64,000 nucleotides of DNA from Lingula anatina (Eukaryota > Animalia > Brachiopoda), in NCBI GenBank assembly GCA_051362555.1, contig CM120646.1:21576001-21640000 (forward strand), read 5' to 3'. The first letter of the stretch is position 1; the number at the start of each line of letters is the position of its first letter. A program made the position numbers and the translations under genes. The notes beneath the pieces are model-generated. The model did no database searches. It saw nothing but the letters and a program-made list of their open reading frames with translations, and was not told the origin of the DNA. Shown piece by piece: positions 27,601 through 44,552 of this stretch.

Positions 27601-28838
27601 AACCGAAGTTAAATATTACACAGGAATTACGGTTGCGGTTTAAAAGCGGTTTAAAAGTTTGTTCAAATTTTTGATACCAGACAACTATATACTACAGCAT
27701 GAAAAAGGTTGGAATGATATTAAAATTTTGACACAAGAGGACTGCTGATTTTCAGTGTTGATACAGTTACGTCACAATTTTGGTTTCAAGGATATTGCCA
27801 TTAGATTTGGTTTAACTGTTCAGTCTGCTGGAAGTATTTTTAATACATGGATAGCCCACATGCATCATAAGTTAGGACAACTGTCAATATGTTGCTTTAT
27901 AACTTTATTTCAAGTTACTTTTGTCACTGATAAAAGCTCAAATGAAGATGATTGATTATTGAAAAATAAATTATAATTGTAGAAATAACTTTTAATTGTA
28001 CTTACTTAAATGAAAATGTGTATATATAGAAGCGAAAAATGCTTTTATTGTATACAGTGATTTTTTTACCCCAATTTTGCCACTTTTCTGCCAAAAGCTG
28101 ATAAGAACTTGTTGTCGAAATGTTATGTGATATCAAGCAGATTTTTACCTGATAAGATAGATATGAGCCAAGTTGCACTTTTCTTAATGGTATATCTACA
28201 TCCACTGAAGCAATATAGGCCAATGGGTTCCCTTTCAGGTTTTTGAGGATGTTGATGTCTTGGTGGTTTATCTTTGGTAATCTGAAGTTCAACAGAATTT
28301 TCATATAACTTGAACACCCAGGTTTTGAAATAATACTATTAAATCATCTCGTGTTATTTGAGTGTTACACAATGTAACACTACACTTGGGTCCAAAACAG
28401 AAACTACCCGATGTCAGTACTGTACATAAAAATATTATCTCTGTAGAATTTTATTGCTGAAAAGTATATAATAAAACCACAGAATGGGCTTTTAAGCATA
28501 TGAGTAATTTGTTATGATTTATCTGGGGAAAAGCAAAATAAAAGCATTCAGCACATAGTTGAAAACGGACAATTTTTTAAAAAAATTTAGTCAAAACATA
28601 CTGGGAATAGGGATAAAAAATGCAAGTAAACAGTCTACTAAAATAGCTCACTGAGATAGCAACCATTTGATTTTCTAGAGGTGGTTTGGAATTCTTGTCT
28701 GGTGAAGAAATTTTAAATTATTTTCTTGATGCAGTGAGACTAATATTTTTTCTTCAAATTTAAAATTTCATATGGTAAGAATTATTTTTACAAACTGTCA
28801 AAATCATCTTTACTCAAATCTATACCTCCCCCCCCCCC

Positions 28839-28870
<32 letters not shown>

Positions 28871-31800
28871 AAGAGAACACTCAATACGTTTTCAAGGGTG
28901 GTTTTCTAATTATTGTGTGTAAGACAACACAGAAATCTAATAATGTACTTGTAATAAACACCATTTGACCAAAAATATATTTATCACATTATGAGTGACT
29001 CAATATCGTGTACAGAAGTTTCACTGCACAAATGTAAACATGTCCACTGTGGTACTACAGTAGGCTAGACATAAATGATAGATCAAATGAAAGGCGTGAA
29101 CGGCGTACGCAACAATTGTACCTCTAAAAGAATCTAATTGTAAGGAAAAAGTAGAAAATGTAAAAACTTACCCGGCTTTACAAGAACAAAATGAATCGGA
29201 CAACATTTTATCGCCGATTTCGATTTGGAGTTTGTGCGGTTCTTCAGTTTTCCTCATCGAGCGCCAACATTGTGCGTCACCATAAATTGTTCTGTTTCCC
29301 TCAGAAATCTTCACATTGTGAATATAACCTTGCGTAAAATAGTTCAGTCCTGCTTGAAGAGCCTTTTTTGACACAGATTCACTATTCGGAAGGAAATTAA
29401 CTACGATATTTTCTGGTATGTTCTCTAAGGAATCTGACACGATGTTTGTCTGCTCGGTGGCCATTTTGACTATTGCTTGTTACACCTAGCAACAGTATCT
29501 AAGGGGGCGGAGCTTATCCGCTCATCTCGGAACGGTGAATTATGTTAGTAGTGACAGTAACTGAACCACCAGTGTGCTGGCAGTGACAGTGTGTTGTGAA
29601 TGTGTTAGGTGTGACAGTAATTAAACCACCAGTGTGCTGGCAGTGACAGTGTGTTGTGAATGTGTTAGGTGTGACAGTAATTGAACCACCAGTGTGCTGG
29701 GTGACAGTGTGATGTGATTGTGTTAGGTCTGACAGTAACTAAACCACCAGTGTGCTGGCAGTGACAGTGTGTTGTAATTGTGTTAGGTGTGACAGTAATT
29801 AAACCACCAGTGTGCTGGCAGTGACAGTATGTTGTGATTGTGTTAGGTGTGACAGTAATTAAACCACCAGTGTGCTCACAGTGACAGTGTGTTGTGATTG
29901 TGTTAAATGTGACATCCTGAAGGGCAAGACAGTGTCTATATTACTTTGTGTCAAGACTGTGCTAGATGTGGCATTGTGAGAGACATAATTGTAAGTTGTG
30001 GTACTTTGACCATATTAAATAATGTATTACGCTGGACAAGAAAGTAAGATGCTCTACCATGTGGGGCAGAAATTTGTTAAATGTGCCTCATTCTGGACTA
30101 AATGGAAATACTAGGGCTATCTTAAATGAAAGGATGTCAGATGTGACAATATGTTCTTAGTGAAGTATTTAAAATTTTGAAATTTCCAGGAACTTACTTA
30201 CCGGTGAAAGCAGATACACCATGGACATGCCAGCAATCAGAAAGACAGGTTTGTCTGTCAAGTCTTTTGCTTGATATAGAGTGTCTATGTTGGCTAAAAT
30301 ATGGTCAAATCTGGACATAGAATTGGCTCCAACAACAATTATGCTGTCAATCTGGAAGATAAAAAGAAATGTAGCATGTTAATCAGTATCTTTATAGTCC
30401 CTGATGTATACAAGGAATACTATGGGCAGTGGGATACAGAGAGGATACACAAGGAAATATTGTTATCCTGAAGATAAGGCTTACATTTATTTATATATGC
30501 TCTTGTTTGATCTAGCCTGCAAGCTGATAATCCACTTTTCTCACCAGAAAGCTCTCTCTAATTACTTCACACTTTCTCACCTGAAGATGATGAGAGGTGA
30601 TTCTTTCCAAAACCAACTGCAAACATTTGGTAAAATCTGTAGCATCCTGGTCTGGTGTCTTGTGTATCTCAGCTCCCTGTTGAAAATACAACATCACAAA
30701 TAAATTGTTTCACCTTAACAGTTAACAGTACTGAACAATCAATCTACAACAGTTTTTTTTTAAACTTTTTAACTATTAATTCCAACTCTATTTAAAAAAA
30801 ACCAACATACAAACTCAAAAATTGATTTTTTTTTGTTTTGACTCCACTTTGCGAAATGAGAAATTCAGTGGACTTAGCTTTTTATTCTAATGAAAAAATT
30901 AATTCTTTTTTCCCATATAAAATTTTCAATAATTATTTCAAACATTTTTTTTTTCTCATTAATCTTTATAAGCTTTTATTTAACTCAGACAAACACTAAA
31001 TTGCACTTGTTGAGCACATAAGAAAAAAGAAAACTAGAAAAGCACTCTGAGAGTGCAGACCTCGGCCAAGGCATTGATTTTTGATTATTATTGATTATTG
31101 ATTGATTATTGATCTGGATCATCACCAAAAACTAATCATCTCTTCCTTGGCGCACTTCTGACAGTTCCTGAAAATTTCATCAAAATCAGTCCACAACTTT
31201 TTGAGTTGTGTTGATGACAGACAAACAAACAGACAAACGGGGGTGAAAACATAACCTCCTTGGCAGAGATAAAAAAAGGAGGGGGGGGGGAACTATAATC
31301 ACCTTCTTCTTGTAAAAGTCTAGAACTTCTTGTCTGGCAGAGTCAAAGTCTCCAGAAATGAAGTGTGGAATGTGTTTGTCTTCCTCGTTGCTGGTTGCCA
31401 TGGTGTCATACAAACTGTTAGCGCCTCCATCTGCACACACCCGCAGAACAGCTAAATATGCCATAATTACTTTACATTAAATATTAACGGACTTAAATAC
31501 ATACTATTCTACAATACAATGTTTTGATATTTTGTGTTTTAAGAAAAATGTTGATTTATAATTTCAGAAGAGGAACATGCTTATCAGATTGTCACCAAGT
31601 TGCATCAATGACCCTCCTGTTCACCTGAATGACTTATGATAATTAAGAGCTTGTCCACGAGAGAACCAGCCCAGGGTGGCAAGGTGGGGGTCAGCGGATT
31701 TCAACCAAATTTGTTGTATGGAGGCATATTAGGAAGTTATTCATGAGTTAGGAAGGAATCCCAAAAATATCCTTTCTTCAGAGAATTATAGCCTATTATA

Positions 31801-34800
31801 AGTCATGGCTTATGTAGCCTCTTTGAGACTCCATTTTTACCTTGAAAAAATAATGATATATTTTGTGTAAATTAAACAAAAATGGAGAACCCTAAAAAAT
31901 ATTAGACCTTACAATCATTGAAAACAATCATTTGGCTTGCCACAGATATATGTAGAATTCAGATAAGACCCTGCTTGGGCGAGCCACACCCATTTATAAC
32001 ACCCCTCCCCCCAAAGTCCAATTTTGATACTACCATCTTTAATTGCATATATCTCCATCTTCACAGGGTTTACAGCTATAAAACTGCCTGAATATTTTAG
32101 GCAGATATGGGTCATTCCAAATCAAGTTTCAAAAGTTACTGCTGTATTAAAACAGGTACTGAAAAATACCTCCAAAGTTGGCCATTTTTAAGGCAAAAAA
32201 TCGTGGTGGATTCATTCAAGTCTATGTAGACGATAGGTTTGATTAATTTATTAAACCATTTTGCTCTACAATGATGTTACTAAATTAATAGGGCTGGTGA
32301 ACATGGAAAGTGGGTGTGTACTAATGAATATCAGGTCAGTAGGTCAAGGTCACTGGGCTTCATATTTGTAAATTGCCATATATGGACTTCTTAATTTATA
32401 TGGACAAAAAATTTAGAGGAAATAAATCATAGATTCTGTTACTTTGGACAGGCACTGGCAATTAACTTGAGAGTTTACAAGATAATTTTAATATATATAT
32501 ATTTTTTAATATCATCAATTTGGTGAATACAAATTAAAATCTTAGTTTAGTAGCGATTTCTTTTTGGTGCAATATTTATCATATAGAGATCAGGATATGC
32601 CATAGTATTTATGATAGCAAAGCCAGAACAAATCTTTTTTAATTATCAAGAGTTTTTTTTTAATCATCCACACCACTTTTTGGTGACTATTTATGAGCAT
32701 ACAGTAACTAAAAAATTATTCAATTTAGTTTATTGTTGTCTCAGATGAATAATTACAAATAATAAAAAAAATCACAAAATTATAATATAGCAATACATGC
32801 AAAGCAGTGCAACATTAGTTGTGATCATTACAAACTATATCATAATGTAGCAAAACAAGATAATTTTCTATTCAAAAAGCAAAACTAACACAACCGCAAA
32901 ATATATCCTGGTGTTATGAAACATCTTTGCAGTTTTGTATCAAACATTACAGCTCATAACATCAAAGTTTTTAATACATTCAAAAATAACTGCCGATTTT
33001 TTCTTCCTGAATAGTCTGTAACCCTCCTTACTGACATTTCAATCTCATCTTCATGCTCACAAATGCTAGGTTCTGCTGGCCTGTTTCTTGTGCCCTTCTA
33101 AACTCCTTCAGTAAAAACTCCTTTACTTTATTTGAATATAGTTTCAAAGGTTTAGATGACTTTAAAGCTCATCCATTGTGTAACTCAGTGAGATATTCAA
33201 GAGGGTGGAGTTCTCTCACAGCTGATGTGCTTTAAGTTTTTCTTTAGTCAGATTGTTGGCCCACTAGACTTTAATTTGATCAAAAGCTGTTTTTTTTGGC
33301 ACATTTCATAACTGTGGTCTAAAAAAGGACCTTACAAATACTCTTCAGTCTTAGTAGCAAAAGATTTCAGAGAAAACTTCTCTGGACAAGAAAAAATTTC
33401 CCTGTTTGTGATCTTGCTTGGTATAGTCCCAGTTGGCATATTTGCCTCAGAAAAACCCAAATTAACTTTTACATCAGTATCACTCATGTTAAAACTGCTC
33501 AAGGAAGGAAGACACCTTTTCTCATGTTGTAGGAATCAAGAAAGCTAAATTTTTGTAATTGGACACTCCAGTCCACGCAGGTTTGGAAGATGTCTGTCTA
33601 GCTGGATGTAGAAAATGGCTCCAACTGCAGAAACTAGGGCCTCATGCATCTCCTCAGCATTTGTTATATTGTGGCTTTCATTTACATACATGCCTTTCTA
33701 CAACAGCCATCATTTCCACACTAGTTTCAGTTTCTGCAAGACTTTGGACTCTTTTGCTGACCATAAGATCACTGTGTGTAAAATAACACTTCTCAAATAT
33801 GCCTGAAATATAAATATAGCTTACTATAGACACATGAAAACACTTATCTGAAAGTTAATTGATACATTGATGAAAAATAAATTATTATCCCATTTGTCCA
33901 TGTTTTATAAGTAAGGCATGGTTTCGAATATTAATTATGATGAGCCTAGCAATTTTGCCAAGACCAGCCCTAGCTTCAATCTAATTCCAATTGTTACCCT
34001 TAAATTTATTTTACCCAAGTACCATTAAACCTACATAAATACCCACACAAATATAGCTTAAAAGATAAAATTATCACAGGTCCTTAGGATGCAATTTCAT
34101 TATTTGAAAGGGGGCATTTTTCTTTTTAAAAAAATGGAGCGTTTACCATTAAAAAATTACACCTAGATCATTTTTCTGAGTGAACTTTTTTTCTGGATTT
34201 TAGCCTGTATTTAAATACAAACAAACCCGTTTCTTACCTGAACCAAGTGGCATCAGTATATTCAAATGGCTTTTTGTCTACACCTTGGACCTCTCTAGTT
34301 AGGTCCAAGTCTACACTGACATCTGCAAGTTAATCCCATGACATATTTCGTTATAGGCTCGTTTTCCCCTGTGTGGATGGTTTCCAGCACAAACCAAGCC
34401 CATATCCCAGTGCTGGTCACATGGTGTAACCCATTTATTCTCCCAAAGATACTTGAAAAAGTCCAATTGCTGTCATCGGATACAAAAGAATTCACACCTG
34501 ACAAGAATCAGTGTGCTTTCGTAACTCACGCTGTTTTGCTTCACGTAAACGCGACGAAGATGACTGTTAATATCTCTGTTGCAATTTTTCAATACACTAC
34601 ATGTTTTTTTTATATCTGTAGACAGAGTATAAACCACATGATATACGACTTCGTTGAGGAAGATTTGTAAACAAACAGTCTGCGATTTCCGCCATGTTGG
34701 ATAATGACGTTGTGTTGTTCTGACGTTAGTACATTAGTTTCACATGGTTTTAAAATGTGTTAGATGCTTGTTTTAACCAGAAAAAATTAGAATAGGTAAA

Positions 34801-35850
34801 ATGAAAATAAAAAGTTCAACTAACAGTGTTTTAAACCATTTGTTGACTTGAAAGAGATGGCTGAAGTTCAGTGCACCGATATACGTGTCCGCATATATTT
34901 ACGAAAAATGAAGAAATTAGGTCATGTTCTATCTGTTACAACGGACAAGTTGTAGAACAGCAGTAAGTTTTGATTTCATCTATAAATAGATTAATGAGTT
35001 ATCTGTTAGTCCTGAACACGCTTTATCCCAAAGACCTGTGAAGATGAAGATATTGTCAAAAATAGAAGGGGGGTGTTCAAAGCATGTGGTTTGTAGGCCT
35101 GAGAAAAACGCTTGGTTTGTTACCATGGAAACAAAGAGAGTGGAAAAAGTGTATACCATTTTAATCCCCTATCTTTCGGTTATAATATATCACCAAACTA
35201 AATCATTTGGTGACACCAGTATAAACTTTAAGGCCAATCAATATAACCCTGTTTTTCAGAAGAATTTTTGGTTGATAAACCCCCCAAATTGTCACTGGCC
35301 ATATCTCTGTAAGTAAGGATTTTTTTCAGGAAATATTGCAGCCTCAGATATTGTTCATATAAAGGTTCAAACACACCAAATATGATGTAAATCCGTTCAC
35401 CCCCACCTTGCCGCATTTTCCACATTTGGTTTGGTTTTCTCGTGGACACACACTTAAGGCTGAAACAAACTTTATAATACTTCATTTTGAAACCATTTTC
35501 ATGTTATCTAATTTATTTATCATATTTACTTCATTAATACTTTATCTTGATAGTTAGTAATACCATAATTATAGAAAATGAGTCAGACTGAAATAAATAA
35601 CATAACATTTAACAGAATTATAGCTATAACAATATTAGATAGCAGCACAACTGAAATATCATATGTGTTCCAATGGCACTCCACCTTTATCCCATAGTGT
35701 ACCCAGAACAGTCTTCAGTCCTGGTGTCTTGTGTCCATCTAAGTTCAGCAGTATCAAGGCAAGCTTGTCATCAGTTCCGGGGAGCAGACAGGACAGTGGA
35801 GTGATGGACTGCCTTGGACTGGTAACAGTGCCATTGGTGCAGTTTGCCAT
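24643..35850 (-). CDS. TPK1: Thiamin pyrophosphokinase 1, 6 coding exons
   Basis: Minus-strand exons 35850-35685, 31451-31303, 30676-30581, 30351-30202, 25218-25107, 24761-24643 splice in frame. Motifs [80 protein letters not shown] are TPK signatures. Confidence 0.94.
25547..27890 (+). pseudogene. THAP-domain transposase pseudogene (THAP plus HTH; DDE core not found)
   Basis: Exons 25547-25742 ([18 protein letters not shown], frameshift, TYICSK), 26057-26163 ([17 protein letters not shown]), 26820-26896, 27410-~27890 (KYYTG; [32 protein letters not shown]). Stops and frameshifts present. Confidence 0.8.
26903..29464 (-). pseudogene. SWIM plus YqaJ (lambda exonuclease-like) accessory gene of the transposon, degraded
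   Basis: Exon 29464-29172 ([19 protein letters not shown] donor), exon ending 28149 ([12 protein letters not shown] donor), exon 27297-~26903 ([36 protein letters not shown]-(D/E)xK nuclease motifs). Confidence 0.8.
31032..31271. mobile_element. Helentron-associated (HINE/DINE-like) non-autonomous element
   Basis: Terminal hairpin GCACTCTGAGAGTGC, subterminal inverted CCTCGGCCAAGG / CCTTGGCAGAG, GACA/AACA microsatellite near one end, A-tract flanks. Confidence 0.6.
31647..35453 (-). mobile_element. Decayed TTAA-targeting DNA transposon, Sola3-like
   Basis: TTAA on both flanks (31643-31646, 35454-35457); degenerate TIRs GAGCTTGTCCACGAGAGAACCA / TGGTTTTCTCGTGGACACACAC extending to GGCAAGGTGGGGGT..CGGATTT; minus-strand coding debris ([18 protein letters not shown]; [18 protein letters not shown]; IFSCPE; [18 protein letters not shown]) with stops. 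Confidence 0.7.
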
Positions 35851-36445
35851 TTCTTCTCCTCCCTTCACTGGCAGCATAAATCTGGGGTGAAAATACACAG
35901 TGCATCTTTAGTCCACTCTCTAAATTCAGGCCTGTAGCCACCCATTTAAAAAAGAGGAGATCTTTTTTCGTTAACAGTTTAGCTTTCTTACACACTTAAT
36001 AAGTCAACCCAACCTAAAATACAGCATAGAACTTTAATCTAATTTTGATTCAGAGCAGAATATTTCCAGTCAAAAGTGAGGACCATTAACCCCCCCCCCC
36101 TCCCAAACTTAACACCACATCCCTAGTGCCTATGGACCAAAGATTTAAAATGGGATCTAGTGGTAAAGCTTCCCATTAATTAGGACCCCCACCATGTACA
36201 ATAATTGGCAAGAGAGTACATTCTCTTGATTGTGTCTTTCTTGTGTCTACATCAGGATCCAATTAAACTGGAGACCAGCACTTGTTCTGGCATCCGTGTA
36301 TTATATTTCAAAGAGTTACATTGTATTCTTGCCTCCATTATGAGACTAAATTTCTAGAGGATAACAATTAAATCATATCAAATCATTGCTGCCATCCAGG
36401 ATAGGTGAAAATTGTCCCTGGTATATACAGTTTCATGGCAAGCAG

Positions 36446-36613
36446 CAGGAGCGGATCCAGGCATATTTTCTGACAGTTTTCCAAATTATCTCTATTGATC
36501 CATCCTTCATTTTTGACCGTCTTCTGACAGAAAAAATTAGATACCCGTCAATGTAAACTTGAAAATCTGACCGTCTTCTGGAAGACTCAGAAAACGGCCT
36601 CAATCCGCCCCTG
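36446..36613. mobile_element. MITE with CAGG..CCTG termini and 5-bp TSD (family C)
   Basis: CAGGAGCGGATCCAGG ... CCTCAATCCGCCCCTG; AGCAG on both flanks. Confidence 0.7.
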
Positions 36614-36699
36614 AGCAGAATATCTTAGTTTTTGGCCTTACTTCCTGTGGTAAGTGCCTGCATAATATGTCATTTATGGCTTTTTCAGTCACATACAGT

Positions 36700-37110
36700 A
36701 ACACAAGTTTGCTTGTCTGCAGATGACTTCTTACTCTACAGACCCATTAAAAGTATTACTGACCATATCACTCTACAACAGGACTTGACCAGTCTTGAAT
36801 CAGGGGCTTCAACATGGGTCTTGTCCTTTATTGCAAGAAAATGCTACATACTCTCAGTCAACCAAAAATCCTCCCACTTCTGTCAGTTTACCATCCACAA
36901 TTTAGACCAAGTTTCCAAAAACCCCTATCTTGGAGTCATTCTTTCTAAAGATCTTAAATGGGGCCCTCACATCATCAACATAACTACAAAAGCTAGCTGC
37001 TCTCTAGGATTCCTAAAATGAAACATTAAACACCCTGCAGGAAACCCTCGTATCAACCTTTTGTCCATTCCACTCCTGAATATAACTCCACAGTGTGCGG
37101 TCCCTTTCAC

Positions 37111-37141
<31 letters not shown>

Positions 37142-37510
37142 ATAAATTCGAGAAAGTTCAATGACAGGCAGCATGCTTTATCACATATAATTATGCTGAT
37201 AGAAAATCAAGGTGACGTGTCTCAAAAATGTTAAACAATTTAGGCCTAGCTCCACTCTGGGAAAGGTGTAAAGCAAAATGACTGAGAACCTCCTACCATC
37301 TGTGCGTCACCAGGACAACTTGACAAAAATCCACAGCAACAAATCCACAATCAAAACCAAAGATTTCTCCTGGCTGATAACTAAGCTAACAAGAGCAAAA
37401 TGCTTCTACCCTCTTGCAGGCAAAACAGAAATCTTCACAAACTCTTTCCTGCCAAAGAACCATAGTGGACTGGGACCATCTAGAGGATTCTATAGTTTGT
37501 CTGCAGTCTG
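36700..37510 (+). mobile_element. 5'-truncated non-LTR retrotransposon RT fragment (CR1/L2-type), degraded
   Basis: ADDFLLYRPI..LQQDLTSLE..KCYILS..PYLGVILSKDLKWGPHI..KASCSLGFL followed by stops; 3' part FTNSFLP. Confidence 0.8.
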
Positions 37511-40485
37511 TTGACTCGTTCGGAGCAGCAGTACTCAGTGACTAATACCCGAAAATCATTTTCTCTCCCGTGGCGTATATGCCTTGCGGCGTCAACCCAT
37601 TCAGATTCCAGCAAGCAAGCAGACGTCCTATACATGTACATGTGCTGTACAAGTAACCTTGGGTTTTCATCTAAGAAGATATCGGCCAGACAGACCAGAC
37701 AGTTCTAACTGCCTCACGTTCAGAGATAAGATCCGTGGGATGTACTTCAATTAATGGAAATGAGGGGACAATGCGCACTTTGCTTTGTAGCACAATTCAA
37801 ATTTGTCGAAATACCACCTTAACGTACCGCGAGGCTGTCTTCTTCACCTACCGTAAGTGGGTACTTTGATACACCCCAGACTAAAAACATAACAAATAAA
37901 AAACGTAAAAATCGTTTTCATATGGTTAGCCATATTAATTATACTTCAAAATGTTTTCATAATGCGATCCACTAAAACCATGCCACAAATGTAGTATTTC
38001 TATGTTTTAATACATTGCAGTTCACGACTTTATAACGTACTGCGGTCGTCTATTTTCCTACCTTCACCTCTCGGAGAGCGCGCACTTGCAAGCACACGTC
38101 AGTAAAGGGGCTAAATTCCCCTCCTGATTCCGGTGTAATTTGACAGAGAGTTCCCCATGATAGAGAGTCTGCTTCCCATTAATTTATACAGGTAAACCTC
38201 GCCCTAGATTTTTACCCACTTTAAGTCAGGCTTACCCTAACCATTTTAACTAATGGAGGGCGGACTTAAATTTCTGTTACACGGAGCCCCGTTTCGTTAC
38301 ACCGCGGTCTGTCATAATAGCTGTCACAGTTACCGTGTATACGTGCGCGTACGTTATTATAGAAAAGATTAATAAACAATTGAGATACAATATACAATTA
38401 TGTACAATATCACTCAGAAAATACATGTAGAGCCAGTAATTTTGCGGAGATCTAACGCCTTGATGTCACTGCGATCTCGCTGAAAGTACCGGTACCTGTA
38501 CAGGTAGAAGTTGAAAATAGCATAGATTTCAATTTTGAGCGGCAAGATTACCTCTTCAGGAGACACTGGAATTTCCTGCATATCTACTGTACTGCTTACG
38601 TGACGTGAGTGAATTGGATATAAAAAACTCAATTCCATGTGTGAAAGTATCAAAACTATAAATTGTTCCAAGACTAACGTGCACAGTCTACACGCAGTAT
38701 TTTTTTAAATCTATTTTTATTTAATTTATTTGATAGAATAAAATATTGACACATGTTGTTGTTTATTCTTATATTAATTTTGGACAGAATTCTGAACAAA
38801 ATTTCAATTTCTGACTTATCTGAATTTATTGCGTTGTGTGCCGATATCCTTATAAATAATTCCTTGAATTTGAATTTATTGTACCATTTGGATTCTATTT
38901 AAAGTGAATCTTCGCTCCAAGTTTGGCAGTGTATTGTGCTTTGATAATTGAAATCATTTTGTGTCAATTTATTTTTTCGCTTAAAAAAGTACAATTGCGA
39001 GAGCGATAAGATCGAATATCGGTGTGACAGGATCGGTACAGGGTAGTCCGCCAAGAATTCGTAGTCTGTTCCCCATTACTTTGTAGAGTTGTTATTCGTC
39101 CCATATACTAACCCCAATACTCCGCCTAATCCTAACCTGTACATGTACTTATCATTTGGGACCTCGGGCTTCCATTCCTAGGAATACCATCCCTATCACA
39201 CAGGAAAATCGTACGACTTAGGCCTTTATGAGGATGTCGATCTTTGGGTACGCTAAACATGTAGGTCAATACCGTGCAGATTGGATTCTATCGGCCTATG
39301 CCAGAAAAAAGTGGGATCCCTGTGACCAGATGAAATATTCTGGAGAATGGTGGATCCAATACTGGATCAAATGTAAGTGAAAACATCTCTTTTGGTAGTT
39401 CATAGGTAGTCAGTGTGAGTGACCTCGATCCTGGCGTACATGTGGCAGCCCAAACCTTTTAAATTAGTAACTTCCTACATTCAACATGAGGTTGCTACTG
39501 GGGGCATATTGGACAGATTTTGAAAAGTTCTAAAGCTGGGGGAAGGGATTAAAATTCGGGCATGAATCTCTTGTAGTAAAAATGTGCGAAAGGCTCAATT
39601 AATTAATCACTTCTTCAAAAAGAAGTCCGTTCGAAATGCATGCGCATTGCCTGCTTAAATCTTTCTTCTTAAACGCCTTAGGCCTTCAATACACATGCAT
39701 GTACATCAAATTACAGACGCGACAGATGATATTGCAGCTTAAACTTTTTACAAGAAAAATAATAGTAAACGAAACCTACTAATTTTAGAAAATTAATGAA
39801 GACGAAAACGGATTTTTCAAAAGAACTGATGGAATATGTCGATTTTGAAACCATTGACGATATTTCCCTTTTTTTGAGTTTTCTTTCTCATCTTGTAAAA
39901 GGAGGAAAGATGCAATCCTAGGCTGACATTAGCAGGCTTTATTGTCTAAAAATGTCGCTGCTTAAAGCTTGTTTGTTTCTTGAGTGAACAAGAGTCATAT
40001 TTATTGGACTTATTTCTAGGCTCACGTTTACTTTCATTTAGGATACTTCAATGACATTAAGTGTCAGACATATTGTATTTTAAGTGAAACAAACAAATTT
40101 ATATAAATAAGATAAAAAAACTCAAGAGGTCTTTAATGTAATGAGATTTAATAATGGCGAAATGATAATCACAATTTAAATAAAAAAGTATATGGTAAAA
40201 ATCAGTCACCGAAGATGGTTATGTTGCAAATCTTCCTACTAGGTCTGTCTTCGTTGAAAAAAAAAATTAAATTACGCATCATACATGCAAATGGTGATCA
40301 AACCATTTAAAAAACAGGCAAGTCAGCTCTGTAGAGAGAGAGAGAGAGAGGGAGGGGGGGGGGTAGGTAGAGGGTGGTGAGCAGCTTATGAAGTTCGAAC
40401 GAGCTGCCATTTTTGCCAGTAGTACAGGTTTTAGTCTCTCATAACCCTTCGTAGGGTGTTTTTTTTAATGTGAGACGTTAATAAA

Positions 40486-40486
<1 letters not shown>

Positions 40487-40536
<50 letters not shown>
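40487..40536. repeat. (ATT)n microsatellite
   Basis: Perfect ATT run. Confidence 0.9.
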
Positions 40537-40672
40537 GAATAGATCATCTATAAATACTGTCAAATTATAATAGCTGATTACGGTGATTTAGGTGTTCGGT
40601 GTGACCACAGTGCAAGTCTTGTTTCGTGTCGTCATATTATACTTCAAATATACAGGAAACCCTTGATAATAA

Positions 40673-43911
<3,239 letters not shown>

Positions 43912-44521
43912 CTTGTCACCGATATGATCATCACACGCAACAGGCGGTCACATTTGTACGTGTGCGATAAGAAGCCGTATGAAAAAATCTACGTTTTTTA
44001 TACACAGACACTATGTGTACCCGGATCGTCGAGATCGCCTATGCCATTCTTTCCATATATTTTGTCAACGTTCAATCTACAAATGCAAAACGATATTTAT
44101 ATTTTATTTCAACATTTTTGAGTGCCTCTGTTTGATAAAATGGGAGATTTATTTTGAAAATAAGCAAGATTGGATTACCTTGACAAAAATTTTAGGGTGT
44201 GTTTTGGCCATCTCGTATTTTGTTTTTTGTTCTTGTTGATTCTAGGCTATAATTGCCCCGAAACACCACATAAAGAAAATTGTCAGAAACAAATCGTGAC
44301 ATATACCCTCTTCCAGGGCGACAGATTGATTTCTCACAGATATTCACAGATATGTCTCTAGATAAATAGACAGTCATTTTGGTCTGATGTCAGCAAAAAA
44401 TGTCCACAATAATAATAACTGCGGCCCTGGTAGAGGGTAAATGACATATAGGACATGCCTTCAGTCATGATTGTACATGTATATTTAGGTTGGATTGCTA
44501 ATTTCCATATGACTTATTCAT

Positions 44522-44552
<31 letters not shown>

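Larger units (their letters stand above)
25358..29538. mobile_element. Decayed ISL2EU-like (PIF/Harbinger-related) DNA transposon
   Basis: Perfect 18-bp TIRs TCACCGTTCCGAGATGAG / CTCATCTCGGAACGGTGA; AT TSD whose removal restores the satellite unit; carries THAP+HTH transposase remnants (+) and SWIM+YqaJ exonuclease remnants (-). Confidence 0.85.
25237..29912. repeat. 60-bp tandem repeat (~8 units) interrupted by a 4.2-kb transposon
   Basis: Unit TTGTGTTAGGTGTGACAGTAATTAAACCACCAGTGTGCTGGCAGTGACAGTGTGTTGTRA; two units at 25237-25357 and about six at 29541-29912. Confidence 0.9.

Noticed and set aside
25237-29912. 60-bp repeats flanking nuclease-like genes, superficially CRISPR-like
   Set aside because: Units are head-to-tail with no unique spacers, the context is a eukaryotic intron, and the genes belong to a TIR transposon.
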